This document shows positions 31,514 to 42,050 of a stretch of DNA of 64,000 nucleotides, in pieces. How positions within the stretch are numbered: position 1 is the stretch's first letter; each line of letters starts with the position of its first letter. The notes under the pieces are model-generated. The model did not search any database, was not told the DNA's origin, and saw only the letters and a program-made list of their open reading frames with translations. The stretch is from Nitrospirota bacterium (GTDB lineage Bacteria; Nitrospirota; UBA9217): NCBI GenBank assembly GCA_963751455.1, contig CAVVUN010000002.1:576001-640000 (forward strand), read 5' to 3'. A program made the translations under genes and the position numbers.

Positions 31514-32527
31514 GTGAAAAACGGAAATGAACCCGATATGATCCTGGCCGGCGACGTGGGGGGAACGAACACCAGGCTCGGGCTCTTCCGCATGTCCAAG
31601 GCAAGACTGCAGCTGGTTGCGGTGGAAAAATTCCCGAGCAGGGATTATGACGGGCTGGAAACAATCATCAGCAGCTTTCTGGAAAATCGCGAGCCTGTGG
31701 CGGCGGCCTGCTTCGGTGTGGCGGGACCGGTCACGGAAGGGACCGCGATGGTCACCAATCTCGCCTGGACGATTTCGGAAAAAGCCCTGAGACGCTTTTT
31801 ATCGATAGGGACCGTCACCCTCATAAACGATCTGGTCGCGAACGCGTACGGCATAAGCGCGCTGCCGGCGAAAGACTTTGTATCGCTGAACAAGGGGAAA
31901 AAAGACCCGGATGGAAACGCAGGGCTGCTTTCTGCAGGCACCGGCCTGGGCGCATCAATCCTGTTCTGGAACGGGACCCGTTATATACCGTGCCCGTCGG
32001 AAGGAGGGCATGTCGAGTTCGGCCCGAGGAACCGCCTGGAGCTTGAGATGCTCAATTACCTTTTCGACGAATTCGGCCATGTAAGCTATGAGCGCGTCAT
32101 TTCCGGTCCCGGTCTCGTAAATATCTACCGGTTCCTGAAACATACGGGCAAATTCGGGAACGAATCCGCGGTTCTTACCTCACGGCTCGAGCAGGAAGAC
32201 CCGGCTGCGGTGATCGCGGAGACAGCGCTGCTCGGCAAAGACAGACTGTGTGCGAAGGCGCTTGACCTGTTTGTCTCGATATACGGCGCCGCTGCCGGCG
32301 ACCTGGCGCTTCATGTCATGGCTACCGGAGGAATCTATATAGGCGGCGGCATAGCGCCGAAGATCATTGAAAAACTGAAAGACGACACGTTCATGAACGC
32401 CTTCAAGGACAAGGGAAGGCTTTCCCATATCGTCGAACCGATTCCCGTAAAAGTCATTATGAACGATAAGGCGGGCCTCTACGGAACTGCGGTGTGTGCG
32501 GAACGGTTGCTCACGGAAGAGAAATAG
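31514..32527 (+). CDS. glk: Glucokinase
   Basis: LAGDVGGTNTR, GVAGPV, TNL.W, LIND, AGTGLG, SEGGH, ERVISGPG, GGGIAPK, F.DKGR. Confidence 0.93.
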   Translation: MKNGNEPDMILAGDVGGTNTRLGLFRMSKARLQLVAVEKFPSRDYDGLETIISSFLENREPVAAACFGVAGPVTEGTAMVTNLAWTISEKALRRFLSIGTVTLINDLVANAYGISALPAKDFVSLNKGKKDPDGNAGLLSAGTGLGASILFWNGTRYIPCPSEGGHVEFGPRNRLELEMLNYLFDEFGHVSYERVISGPGLVNIYRFLKHTGKFGNESAVLTSRLEQEDPAAVIAETALLGKDRLCAKALDLFVSIYGAAAGDLALHVMATGGIYIGGGIAPKIIEKLKDDTFMNAFKDKGRLSHIVEPIPVKVIMNDKAGLYGTAVCAERLLTEEK

Positions 32528-32585
32528 TGTATCCTGTAGCAAATGGTTCCCGGCGGTTTTCCGGCTTTACAAAAGAGGCCTCCCC

Positions 32586-34109
32586 GTGTACGAACATGCT
32601 CCATTTTCCGCTGACGATAATGACCATACTCTCCTTGATAATGTCCATCCCAAAGACTGGATAAATCCGAAGCCAGCTCCCTGCTATAACCTTGTTGTGA
32701 TAGGGGCCGGGACCGCTGGGCTGGTCACCGCTGCAGGCGCAGCCGGCCTCGGCGCGAAGGTTGCCTTCATTGAACGCCGGTTCCTCGGGGGCGACTGCCT
32801 GAATGCGGGCTGCGTTCCGTCAAAGGGCCTTATCAGGGCCGGCCGTGCCGTCTCAGATGTGAGAACAGCCGGACAGTTCGGCGTAAACATCGCAGGAGAA
32901 ATCTCAGTCGATTTTCGGAAGGCAATGGAGCGGATGCGCCGTGCCAGGGCAGGGATAAGCGTACATGATTCCGTGCAGCGCTTCAATAGGGAACTGGGCG
33001 TGGACGTGTTCTTCGGGGAAGCACGGTTCTCCGGTCGGGACACCATTGACGTGGCCGGCACTTCTCTTCACTTCAAAAAAGCAGCCATCTGCACCGGCAC
33101 CCGGCCGTTGGTGCCAACGGTCCCCGGTATTGAGGCGCTGGACTATTTAACGAACGAAACCGTTTTTTCGCTGGCGGATCTTCCCGAACGGCTCGCAATC
33201 ATCGGCGGCGGGCCGATCGGCTGTGAACTTGGTCAGACCTTCAGCCGCCTCGGGAGCAAAGTCATTCTTATCCAGCGGCCAGCACAGCTTCTGACCCGTG
33301 AGGACGCGGACACTGCCGAAATCGTCCGGAAGGCCCTCGAAAAGGACCGCGTAGACATTCGGCTGAACGCCTTCGCAGCCCGTGTCGCTGTAAGCGGAGC
33401 TGAAAAGATCGTTTTCATAGAGCAGGCAGGAAAAACAGACGAGGTCCGCGTCGACCGGATTCTTGCTGCAAGCGGCAGAACGCCGAACGTCGAGGGGCTT
33501 GATCTCGAAAAAGCCGGCATTGCGTACGATACGCGGGCAGGCGTGAAGGTGAACGATTGCCTTAGAACATCGAACCCGCGCGTGTACGCGGCAGGCGATG
33601 TCTGCTCTGCGTACCGCTACACGCATGTAGCGGACGCGATGGCGCGCATTGTGATAGCGAACGCACTCTTCATGGGAAGGCAGAGAGCATCGCGGCTCAT
33701 AATTCCGTGGTGCACGTATACGGACCCTGAAGTCGCTCATACGGGCCTGTACGAGAGCGAGGCGAGGGACAGGGACATGGATGTCTTCACGCTCACGGTT
33801 CCGCTATCCGATGTGGACCGCGCTGTTCTCGACGGAGAAACGGAAGGCTTCGCGCGGCTGCATATCAAGAGAGGGAGCGACAGGATCCTGGGCGCAACAA
33901 TCGTGGCCCGGCATGCGGGCGAGATGATCAACGAGATAACGCTTGCCATTAACGCGGGAGCGGGCTTGTCGACCATTGCCAAAACGGTCCATCCGTATCC
34001 CACGCAGGCGGAAGCGGTGAAGAAAGCGGCGGACCAATACAACAAAACGAGGCTTACCCCGTTCATAAAAAAAGTGCTTACCGCATGGATGAAACTGCGG
34101 AGAAGGTGA
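32586..34109 (+). CDS. Flavin-disulfide reductase (mercuric reductase-like/LpdA family; no C-terminal CC pair)
   Basis: GAGTAG, GGDCLNAGCVPSK, GGGPIGCE, AAGD, TYTDPEVA, HPYPT.AE. Confidence 0.88.
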   Translation: MYEHAPFSADDNDHTLLDNVHPKDWINPKPAPCYNLVVIGAGTAGLVTAAGAAGLGAKVAFIERRFLGGDCLNAGCVPSKGLIRAGRAVSDVRTAGQFGVNIAGEISVDFRKAMERMRRARAGISVHDSVQRFNRELGVDVFFGEARFSGRDTIDVAGTSLHFKKAAICTGTRPLVPTVPGIEALDYLTNETVFSLADLPERLAIIGGGPIGCELGQTFSRLGSKVILIQRPAQLLTREDADTAEIVRKALEKDRVDIRLNAFAARVAVSGAEKIVFIEQAGKTDEVRVDRILAASGRTPNVEGLDLEKAGIAYDTRAGVKVNDCLRTSNPRVYAAGDVCSAYRYTHVADAMARIVIANALFMGRQRASRLIIPWCTYTDPEVAHTGLYESEARDRDMDVFTLTVPLSDVDRAVLDGETEGFARLHIKRGSDRILGATIVARHAGEMINEITLAINAGAGLSTIAKTVHPYPTQAEAVKKAADQYNKTRLTPFIKKVLTAWMKLRRR

Positions 34110-34215
34110 CAAACGCCTCTCGAAACCGAAGGCCATGTTGATACCTTTTCCGTCTTGCCATGGCGTTCGGAAGAGCTACAGTAAAAATAAATGTAACTAC
34201 TCAGGTCATTTTTTT

Positions 34216-34302
34216 ATCCGCAGATTACGCAGATTTCGCAGATAAAAACAAAACCAGAATTCCGGTTTTAGAATCTGCGTCAATCTTGCGAAATCTGCGG
34301 AT
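34216..34302. repeat. Inverted pair of CGCAGAT 9-mer repeat arrays
   Basis: atccgcagattacgcagatttcgcagat faces aatctgcgtcaatcttgcgaaatctgcggat. Confidence 0.8.
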
Positions 34303-34587
34303 AGAAGGGCTTTTTCTTAGACTTGTCTTAATGCTGTTCTGAAAAGAAGCTGAATAGTTACAGAATAAATGAGGGGTGCAGCGTTTGAAGTATACTCGTG
34401 AATCCATAGCAGCCAGAATAGGGGACAAGGGATATCTCGACCTGGTCTCCATATTCCTTGCCATGGGCTTTGAAAATATTCACGATGTGCCTGATATGCT
34501 CTGGGCCGTTGCAGTCCAGATCTACGAGAAAAAAATGTTCGAAAACGCCGCCTGATCCCGCCGCGGATTCGAAAGCGATCCCCGCTT

Positions 34588-35115
34588 CTAAAGACCAGCC
34601 TGCTTTTCACTCAGCATGGTAAATACCGCCGAAAAGTCAAGATCGCCAAGGCCCCTTCGCACAGCGAGCGCCAGAAGTTCCTTCACGGCATTCTCGAGCG
34701 GCAAGGCAACGCCTGTCTCATACGCTGTGTCCGCGGCGAGCTGTGCGTCCTTATGCATCCACCGGAGCGTCGAGGAACCTCCTCTGCTTCGCCTCGAGCG
34801 CCATTTGCCGCGAAAAAGAAGGGTTCACAGTGCTGCAGTCTATCCAGAGAGACTTCGCCGGGAGGCGGTCCAAAAAGCCCTTTTATGGTCGCATGCCGCT
34901 GCGGCGACCGCATCCGGCGTGGCAAGCATTGTTATGACAATCGTGTCTTTTCAGCAAGCTCCGCCGGCGAAGATGCCCAGGTTGCACCTGCTTCCAAAAG
35001 AGGAGCGGCCTTTTCCTTTGCACGGTTGTAAACCAGAAGGTGGTGGCCTTTTTTCTGCAGGTGCGAAGCCATCCGGCTGCCCATGATTCCGAGACCGATG
35101 AATCCAATTTTAACA
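34588..35115 (-). pseudogene. Degraded beta-hydroxyacid (3-hydroxyisobutyrate-type) dehydrogenase
   Basis: Minus-strand fragments KIGFIGLGIMGSRMA..L.KKGH..VYNR / IVITML / WIDCSTVNP...RFLDAPV / MHKDAQLA...DFSAVF lie in different frames, with a large internal deletion. Confidence 0.8.
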
Positions 35116-35181
35116 GTTGTCCCCCAGAATTATGAGATTACGCAGATGAATCGCGGCAGTGTCGAAAATGAGATATTGCCG

Positions 35182-36879
35182 CTAAACTCTACGGTCAAGC
35201 TTCCCCTGTTCGAAAAGAGGGGTTAGGGGAGATTTCATGAAACATGGTCTCCCGGGCCGCTCTCTTTTTTCAGGTCTTCTCTGGGCCGGCGCTTCGTCAG
35301 GCTTCTCGCGGGACGTACCGGTTGGCGCCCGGTCGATCCGGCGCGGCTGCCGAGATCTGGTCACGGGCAGATTTTCAGGCTGCTGTTGACGGAATACGGA
35401 CGATTCCCGGTTTCGTACAAGCGGCCGCTCGTTTTTCACAGCTTCGGGGCTGGTTCTCCTTACCCGTTCGGGCGGCAGCCGTCGTTCCGAAGCGCGCGGT
35501 TCCCGGCCGATTGTGGTTTGCCCGGTTGCACCGGGTCTTTCCACTCGCGCTGGCGGCGGGGTTTGGGATTGCCCGTTCCTGGTCGGCGTCTCAACGCGCA
35601 GACGGTCGGGTACCCGCTGCCGCTGCTGTTCATGTTCCTCCCGGGGGATGACAATCACGGGGTGTTTCGGCCGGTCCCGGGGAGGCACAACATGGACATC
35701 TGTCCGGTTCTGCTCGCGCTGCTGCTTCATTTCAAGAAAGGGATTTTCCCTTCGCACCGGCACTCGCTTGCCGGTCCCGAAGCTTTCGCGGTTCACTACG
35801 GTCACTGAATTATTGACCCGGGCATTGCTGTAATTCCGGTTCACGACCACCGTATTTACGGTTGTAATGTTGACGCTCCCCGGGCCGTAATAGCCATACC
35901 CGTAATAGATTTCACCCGGTGCAAGCGGAACCCATGCGACGTACGAAGGCGTCACTATCCATCCTACGAACCCCGGGCTCCAGTAGACCGCGCCTATGGC
36001 GGGCGGCACCCAGCACCAGCCGCGAGAGCCGACAAAGGCCCAGCGGCCGTAATGCGAGGGCGCCCAGCCCCACGGATCGTAGTCTATCCAGACATAATTG
36101 CCCCTGATCCAGACCCAGCTTCCATAGCTGTACGGAGCCCAGCCCGCGGGCGCCGCGGTAGGGAGCCAGACATAACCGTAGTCGCTTTCATACTCCCATC
36201 GGCCGTAGCGATCGAAATCCGAGGCATATTCGTGCAGGTCGTCCGGAAGGTAGCGTGAGCTTTCGCCCACGGACGCAAGATACCGGTCGCGTTCCATGTT
36301 CCACTGTTCCCAGTCGTCGGGCGGGCCAATGGGAGCCACTTCAGCGCTTTGTTCGCCCCGCATCGTGAGCGTATTTCCGGCGCTTACGCGGGTGGCGCCG
36401 GCCCTGCTCTCGGCATACACATAACCTTTGAGCACGGAGACTTCCGCTATGCCGTCGTGCGAAACGTCGACCATCATCACGGAATTATCATACGTTCTGA
36501 GCGACGATATGGGCGTGTCCACCTGGACTGTTCTGATACCGCCGCGCCGGTTGTTGATATATATATGTCCCTCGTCCAGATACAGCTGTGCGGAATCGTG
36601 GCTCACGGTGAGAATGTCGAGCGCCGTATCATGATCACCACGAACGAACACTCCTCCCCGGATCTGCAGCTCCGCCTGGCTATGGTCCGGGACCCACAAG
36701 CGGTCGCCTTCGTTCATCGGAAGATTGACGGCCGCGTCCGTCCAGTCGGTTGTATCCTTGATCTGGACCTGGACGTCGCCCTCCGTCAGGCTCAGCCGGA
36801 CTTCTCCAAGGTCGTCTGCAAAAACAAAGGCTGGGACGAGCAGGATACCGGTAACAATCAAATATCTCAATAATCGCAT
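35182..36879 (-). CDS. FecR-domain protein with Trp/Gly-rich (DUF6600-like) region and Pro/Arg-rich tail
   Basis: Signal peptide, RLS..EGDVQ...W..A.VN.P..EGDRLW, YG.W...DYGYVW.P, W.PY..G.W, PWGWAP.HYGRW, WVPLAPGE. Confidence 0.8.
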   Translation of the reverse strand: MRLLRYLIVTGILLVPAFVFADDLGEVRLSLTEGDVQVQIKDTTDWTDAAVNLPMNEGDRLWVPDHSQAELQIRGGVFVRGDHDTALDILTVSHDSAQLYLDEGHIYINNRRGGIRTVQVDTPISSLRTYDNSVMMVDVSHDGIAEVSVLKGYVYAESRAGATRVSAGNTLTMRGEQSAEVAPIGPPDDWEQWNMERDRYLASVGESSRYLPDDLHEYASDFDRYGRWEYESDYGYVWLPTAAPAGWAPYSYGSWVWIRGNYVWIDYDPWGWAPSHYGRWAFVGSRGWCWVPPAIGAVYWSPGFVGWIVTPSYVAWVPLAPGEIYYGYGYYGPGSVNITTVNTVVVNRNYSNARVNNSVTVVNRESFGTGKRVPVRRENPFLEMKQQREQNRTDVHVVPPRDRPKHPVIVIPREEHEQQRQRVPDRLRVETPTRNGQSQTPPPARVERPGATGQTTIGREPRASERRLPPERVRRTSPEAVKNERPLVRNRESSVFRQQQPENLPVTRSRQPRRIDRAPTGTSREKPDEAPAQRRPEKRERPGRPCFMKSPLTPLFEQGKLDRRV

Positions 36880-37109
36880 AGAAGACCTCCCTGGTACCAT
36901 AATCTGTATTTTACCTCTTTGACCGCAGATGCAACAATATTATTTAACCTGTTTTTCGGGCAGCTGGTTAGGGCGTCTGTAACAGATCTTTTCCGTTGAT
37001 GGGGGAACGTTCATGATAGTAATGACACCGTAGGGAGGGAAAGGTTTAAAGCCCACCTGCGTTTGTAATGGGGGTTGACTTTGCTTTCCGGGTGCGCAAA
37101 AATTGATGC

Positions 37110-37739
37110 ATGAACAGGAATGATATGCGTCTCTACGCGGCCATAGGGTTTGCAATGATACTTTGTTCGTGTGCCCCGGTGTTGAACAGGGACGTGATGC
37201 GGGAAGGAAGCCGCGAGGTTTCCTTTGCTGCTCTCAGGGAAAATCCGAAACCATACATGGGAAGGCTTTACATCCTGGGAGGAATCATCGTGGAGACGTC
37301 GTTCACGGCATCAGGGTCCGAGATGGAAGCAGTACATATACCGGTAGACGGATTAGGCTATTTTAGAGAGAGCGGCCAGTCCGAGGGACGTTTTCTCGCG
37401 GTCCTGTCGAAGGACGCACAGATGCTTGATCCCGAAGTGTACGGCCGCGGGAGAAGAGTCACCCTTGCCGGAGAATTTGTTGCAACGCGGAGCGGAAAAA
37501 TCGAGGACATAGATTACCGTTACCCTGTGTTTCAGATTCGGCAGCTATACCTCTGGCCCAGGCAGCGAAACTATAATCCTCCACCCAACTATTACGACCC
37601 CTGGTTTTATCCGTTTCCTTATTTTTACGGCGGGCCGTGGTGGAGCTATTATTACTATGAATCAATACGGCCGGTCCAGAAACGCACGCAGCCCGAAGGC
37701 CCCCGGCCGCGCGGGCAAAGGGAGCCGGTGCGAAGATGA
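37110..37739 (+). CDS. Slp-family outer-membrane lipoprotein
   Basis: Lipobox CSC, LGG.I, SEGRF, LDP.VY..GR.VTLAG, Y.YPV.....LYLW. Confidence 0.85.
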   Translation: MNRNDMRLYAAIGFAMILCSCAPVLNRDVMREGSREVSFAALRENPKPYMGRLYILGGIIVETSFTASGSEMEAVHIPVDGLGYFRESGQSEGRFLAVLSKDAQMLDPEVYGRGRRVTLAGEFVATRSGKIEDIDYRYPVFQIRQLYLWPRQRNYNPPPNYYDPWFYPFPYFYGGPWWSYYYYESIRPVQKRTQPEGPRPRGQREPVRR

Positions 37740-37763
37740 AAAAGGCGCCAAGGAGGGCACATC

Positions 37764-38603
37764 ATGAACAAAACCTTCCAGACTATCGCCCTGGTGTTGT
37801 GTTTGCTCGTTATTCCGCTGACTGCAGCCGCGCCCGGTAAAAAGGTGGTGCGCCTCAGCGACGGCAAGACGGTAGCGTTTGCCGAGATGATCAGCGATCT
37901 TAAAAAGGCGGACATAGTTTTTGTAGGCGAAGTTCACGACAGCACCAAGAACCATCAGCAGCAATTAGACGTGATCAGGGCATTGCATGAATCGAACAAG
38001 CCCGTAGCCGTCGGCCTCGAAATGTTCAGGAGGAACAGCCAGAACGCACTGGATCAATATGTCCGGAAGGAACTCTCGACCGAGAAATTCATACCCGTTT
38101 ACTACAATAACTGGAGCATGCCCTGGCCGCTTTACGGCGGCATCTTCGAATATGCGCGGGAGCAGGGCATAGCGCTGGTGGGCCTGAATATTCCGGACGA
38201 GATAGCCAGGAAAATAGCTCAACAGGGTTTTGAGTCGCTGAGCGATGCAGAAAAAAAAGAGCTGCCCCCGGGAATCAGCTGCAACGTGGACCCCACATAC
38301 ATGGAATTCATCAAACGGGCGTACGCCGGGCACGCGATGCACGGCGGCGATTTTGCGAATTTCTGCCAGGCCCAGATGGTATGGGACAAGACCATGGCGT
38401 GGAATCTGATGAATTATCTCAAGAAGAACCAGGGCACGACCATGATCGTTCTGGCAGGTGTGGGACATGCCTGGAAACGGGGGATTTCAGGCCACGTCGA
38501 GGACGAATCCAACTTGAGCTACAGGGTGGTCCTGCCGCTTCTTTCAGAAGCTCATGAGAGAACGCTGACGACGGAAGACGCGGATTATGTGCTCCTGGAC
38601 TAG
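37764..38603 (+). CDS. ChaN-family (haem-uptake / TIKI-like) protein
   Basis: VFVGEVHD...H..QL, GLEMF, Q..WD.TMA, LAG.GH...GI. Confidence 0.85.
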   Translation: MNKTFQTIALVLCLLVIPLTAAAPGKKVVRLSDGKTVAFAEMISDLKKADIVFVGEVHDSTKNHQQQLDVIRALHESNKPVAVGLEMFRRNSQNALDQYVRKELSTEKFIPVYYNNWSMPWPLYGGIFEYAREQGIALVGLNIPDEIARKIAQQGFESLSDAEKKELPPGISCNVDPTYMEFIKRAYAGHAMHGGDFANFCQAQMVWDKTMAWNLMNYLKKNQGTTMIVLAGVGHAWKRGISGHVEDESNLSYRVVLPLLSEAHERTLTTEDADYVLLD

Positions 38604-38621
38604 AAAGCTTTGAACAAAGCA

Positions 38622-38680
38622 GCCACGAAGGCCAAGCCACGAAGAGTATCACGTTCTTCGCGCCTGAAAGTCTTCGTGGC
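38622..38680. repeat. Inverted pair of CACGAAG/CGCGAAG repeats
   Basis: gccacgaaggccaagccacgaaga faces ttcttcgcgcctgaaagtcttcgtggc. Confidence 0.65.
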
Positions 38681-38708
38681 ACATTTATCCTTTGTCTTCG
38701 TTGAAGGA

Positions 38709-38993
38709 TCACTTGATTTTCTTTACAAAATCCTCGATCGAGATTGCAGGGAACGTGATGAGCTTGACCGATCCGCGTGACCCTATCTCGACGGACATCT
38801 TCATTACGGTCTCGTTGTCCGGAGCTTCAACGAAGTTGACGAAATCGTAAGCGCCCAAAAGAGCGTATTGTTTGTTGATCTTCACGCCCATCGTTTCTAT
38901 TTCCCGGTTCACCTCCATGATGCGCTCAGGTCTCTCTTTGAGTGTTCTGCGGCCCTCGTCCGTCAGCGTGCTCAGGATAATATAACTCGGCAT
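38709..38993 (-). CDS. GYD-domain protein
   Basis: MPSYIIL..LTDEG...K..P.R, LGAYDFV..VEAPD, GSV...T.PA. Confidence 0.88.
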   Translation of the reverse strand: MPSYIILSTLTDEGRRTLKERPERIMEVNREIETMGVKINKQYALLGAYDFVNFVEAPDNETVMKMSVEIGSRGSVKLITFPAISIEDFVKKIK

Positions 38994-39029
38994 GTCGCTT
39001 TCCTCCTTTCAGCCTAAAAACGGCATTTG

Positions 39030-39161
39030 AACACGGATGAACACGGAAACAGCGGATCAAAACAATGTGATAGAGCAAAAAGCCATCTCGCCTTTTGGGT
39101 GAATCCATTACTGTTCGTAACTTCCCTATAAATCCGTGTTGATCAGATTTTATCCGTGTCC
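39030..39161. repeat. Inverted pair of CACGGAT 9-mer repeat arrays
   Basis: aacacggatgaacacggaaacagcggatcaa faces aatccgtgttgatcagattttatccgtgtcc. Confidence 0.75.
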
Positions 39162-39275
39162 AACTGCTTTTTTCAGGTTCAGCCAATAGTACGGTCCTCG
39201 TTCTATTATGCGAACCAACTCCTTTATAATAATTATATCTTTATTTTCAGTATCCGGCATGGTACAGTATGCCGC

Positions 39276-40256
39276 ATGAAAACACCGGCAGCGCGGCTGA
39301 TAATTGTTTTCTTGTTCATTCAGGCTTTTATGTCCCCACGTTCTTCGGTGGCCTTTACCTTCGAAGGCCCTCTGCAGGTGAAGAACCTGTTTCCTCTTTT
39401 CATCCCGGCCGCGCAGCCGTACCTCGAACAGGCATCCCTCCACGATTCCTTTTCCGCCAATATTTCCCATGCAAGCGTCTATATGACACGGGAATCGCCC
39501 GCGTGGAGTTCTCACATGGACCTTGAGTTGACCGAGCTTAACCTCAGGCTTCGGAAAAATTTTCCGGGGCTGTTCGAGGCCGGTGTTGATGTGCCCGTGC
39601 TCCGGGCAACCGCCGGGTTCATGGACCGGCCTCTTGCCTGGTATCATGAGACCTTTGGCTTTCCGGATTACGGTAGAAAGAAGCGGCCGCACAATGAATT
39701 TTTGTATGATATACGAAGAGGCGGCCTGCCGGTTATCCAGGGCAAGAATGACAAAACCGGCTTCGGCGACGTCAGATTAACGTTGAAGAAAGAGATAACA
39801 CACCAGGACCCGGCGCTCAGCATTCTGGCGTTCACAGAGCTGCCGACCGGAGATGCGAAGATTGGCTACGGCAGCGGAAGTTTTGACTGGGGTTTCGCAG
39901 CTCTGCTCGATAAGCAAGTGATGACGGACGCCAGGATATACGCGAACCTGGGCGCATTTTTTCCCGGCGATTTGAAAGCGCACCAGACAGTCAAGTTGAA
40001 CGATTTCTACTACGCGGGCCTGGGAGTGGAATATTTTGCATTTCAGAACCTGAGTCTGTTGGTGCACTGCCTGGCGCAGACTTCTCCCTATCCCCACACC
40101 GGCATTTCAAAAATCGACAATACCGGAATGCTTCTTGTCTTCGGCGGCAGAAAGTACACACGATCGGGCAGCTATGAACTGTCCCTGAGCGAGGACTTGA
40201 GCACGGCCGGCGCGCCCGACTTCATCTTTAACCTTTCCTACATCACCCGATTTTGA
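39276..40256 (+). CDS. DUF3187-like outer-membrane beta-barrel protein
   Basis: Signal peptide, GPL.V.N.FP, D.E, GFMD..L.WYH..FG.P, GDV, LPTGD...G.GSG..D, C-terminal F. Confidence 0.7.
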   Translation: MKTPAARLIIVFLFIQAFMSPRSSVAFTFEGPLQVKNLFPLFIPAAQPYLEQASLHDSFSANISHASVYMTRESPAWSSHMDLELTELNLRLRKNFPGLFEAGVDVPVLRATAGFMDRPLAWYHETFGFPDYGRKKRPHNEFLYDIRRGGLPVIQGKNDKTGFGDVRLTLKKEITHQDPALSILAFTELPTGDAKIGYGSGSFDWGFAALLDKQVMTDARIYANLGAFFPGDLKAHQTVKLNDFYYAGLGVEYFAFQNLSLLVHCLAQTSPYPHTGISKIDNTGMLLVFGGRKYTRSGSYELSLSEDLSTAGAPDFIFNLSYITRF

Positions 40257-40687
40257 TTCCGCGAAAAATTTGTTGATCTTCTGCTTCCGCCTTCAGTAGC
40301 ACCCAATCGAAGACTTATAAATAAATTGGATTAATTTTGTATGAGGGCTGCCCGTATATCAGTCTTTATACGGACAGATTGTTGCCACCCGTGAGAGTGA
40401 GTGTTATTCTTTTACCAGCGTGATGCATGGAGCATCAGTCAGTGCATTCATACGCCTAGCTCTTCACCATCCGGAAGCATGAGTGTTCTTCCGGATACGC
40501 AGCCGCTTTACCAGATTCTCGCATTATTATTTGACAGAAAAAACTAACCGTCGTTATCAAGACCGGCTCAACACGCCAGAAAGAGAGTGGAGGCCGGGAA
40601 GAAAGGAGGGATGAAAGGAAATATTCTCAGAAACGTTTGTTTAAGTCTCTTCAGAGAGTCTCTTCGAACAGGATGGAAGGAGGAACC

Positions 40688-41995
40688 ATGTTTAAAAAAA
40701 TAATCATAGTTTCAAGTCTGTTGTTTATCGCCTGGGTGCTTTTCCCTCCGACGAACGGTAATGCCATGCCGAATTTTGCGCGAGAATACGGCGCGGACTG
40801 CACTATGTGTCATACCAATATTCCGAAATTGAACAGGACCGGATATGAATTCAGGCTGGCCGGCTACCGGTTACCTTCAGAGATCGGGAAGGAAGAGAAG
40901 CCCTTCAATCTCGGAGATTTCTTTGCAGCGCGGTTCCAGGACCAGTTTCGTTATGCGGTATCAAAACCGGCCGTCGGAGAAAAAAGCACCACCAACCAGC
41001 TCGAGTTCCTCGAATTCACAATGTATCCGCTGACCGGTTCCTGGGGAAGAAACTTTGCATCGATAGGGGAACTTTCGATGGCCCCGGATGACGTATTCGA
41101 ATTTGAAAATGCTTATGTTCGGGGTGCGTACGGAAACGACGCAGGGTGGTTCCAGGCAAAAGTCGGCATCATGCATCCATGGGAAGGCTTCGGAGCCTCC
41201 GACCGGCCGATCGGAACGGTCCGTCCGCTGTTCCAGAGGCAGAAAACGGCGGCCTCGCCCTTCGTCCTGTGGAACCTGGACGAGTCGGCCGTAGAAGTGG
41301 GCTATCATATCGGAGCAAGCGGGACGTCGATAGCCGGCCGTCTGAGCAACGGAATCATGTGGAAAGGAGACCAGTCAGGCAATGCAGAGCCTGCGCAGGG
41401 AGGCGCATTATCCAAGACCGAGAATGGAAATACCCTGGGTGTCGACCGCAAGAATTATCAGTTTTTCCTGAACCAGTTCTTTGCCCGGGAGTCGGCAGTG
41501 ACGTTGTATTATTACCGCGGGGTTATTCCGTTTGTGGATACCAGCCTTGATACAATATCCGGGAACACCCTTGAAACCTTTACCCGTTATGCGGCATACG
41601 CGAATTTCTGGGTGGTGCCATCAAAAGTGAACCTTCTTGCGGGTTATGCGATGGGGAAGGACTCCCCGGACGATGGTACGCTGGTTGCTACCGGTGTAAC
41701 CGAGGACGGAACCGTGAGGACCTTCAATGCCGCCAATGCCGGGAAAAGCAAAGGCGCCTTCGGCGAAGTGGATTTCCATGCTTCTCCGAAAGTGGCTTTT
41801 GCCGGCCGCTATGACACTTTTGATCCCTCGGATAAAACCGGAAGGGACAAGCTGACAGCAGAGACCGTATCCGCAAACTGGTATATAGTGAGCGGCCTTC
41901 AGCTGATCGCCGATTACCAGCATAAGGATACGGAGAAAACTGCGGGAAAAACTAAAGACGACTTGTATCAGGCACGCATGATTTTTATCTGGTAG
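40688..41995 (+). CDS. Cyc2-like fused monoheme cytochrome c-porin
   Basis: Signal peptide, then MPNFAREYGADCTMCHTNIPKLNRTGYEFRLAGY. The remainder has a beta-strand pattern and ends in aromatic W. Confidence 0.75.
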   Translation: MFKKIIIVSSLLFIAWVLFPPTNGNAMPNFAREYGADCTMCHTNIPKLNRTGYEFRLAGYRLPSEIGKEEKPFNLGDFFAARFQDQFRYAVSKPAVGEKSTTNQLEFLEFTMYPLTGSWGRNFASIGELSMAPDDVFEFENAYVRGAYGNDAGWFQAKVGIMHPWEGFGASDRPIGTVRPLFQRQKTAASPFVLWNLDESAVEVGYHIGASGTSIAGRLSNGIMWKGDQSGNAEPAQGGALSKTENGNTLGVDRKNYQFFLNQFFARESAVTLYYYRGVIPFVDTSLDTISGNTLETFTRYAAYANFWVVPSKVNLLAGYAMGKDSPDDGTLVATGVTEDGTVRTFNAANAGKSKGAFGEVDFHASPKVAFAGRYDTFDPSDKTGRDKLTAETVSANWYIVSGLQLIADYQHKDTEKTAGKTKDDLYQARMIFIW

Positions 41996-42018
41996 CACGG
42001 AAAGCGTTTGCGTAAAGC

Positions 42019-42050
42019 AGCCGGGCCCCCAAAAGGACCTGGCTTTTTTG
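42019..42050 (+). terminator. Rho-independent terminator
   Basis: agccgggccc...ggacctggct stem followed by a T-tract. Confidence 0.6.

Noticed and set aside
32586-34109. merA (mercury resistance) call
   Set aside because: It lacks the C-terminal vicinal Cys pair and neighbouring mer genes, so it is kept as a generic flavin-disulfide reductase.
35200-35240. cccctgttcgaaaagaggggttaggggagattt palindrome at the FecR gene 3' end
   Set aside because: It looks like a degenerate REP-like element, but it is a single copy here and cannot be supported further.
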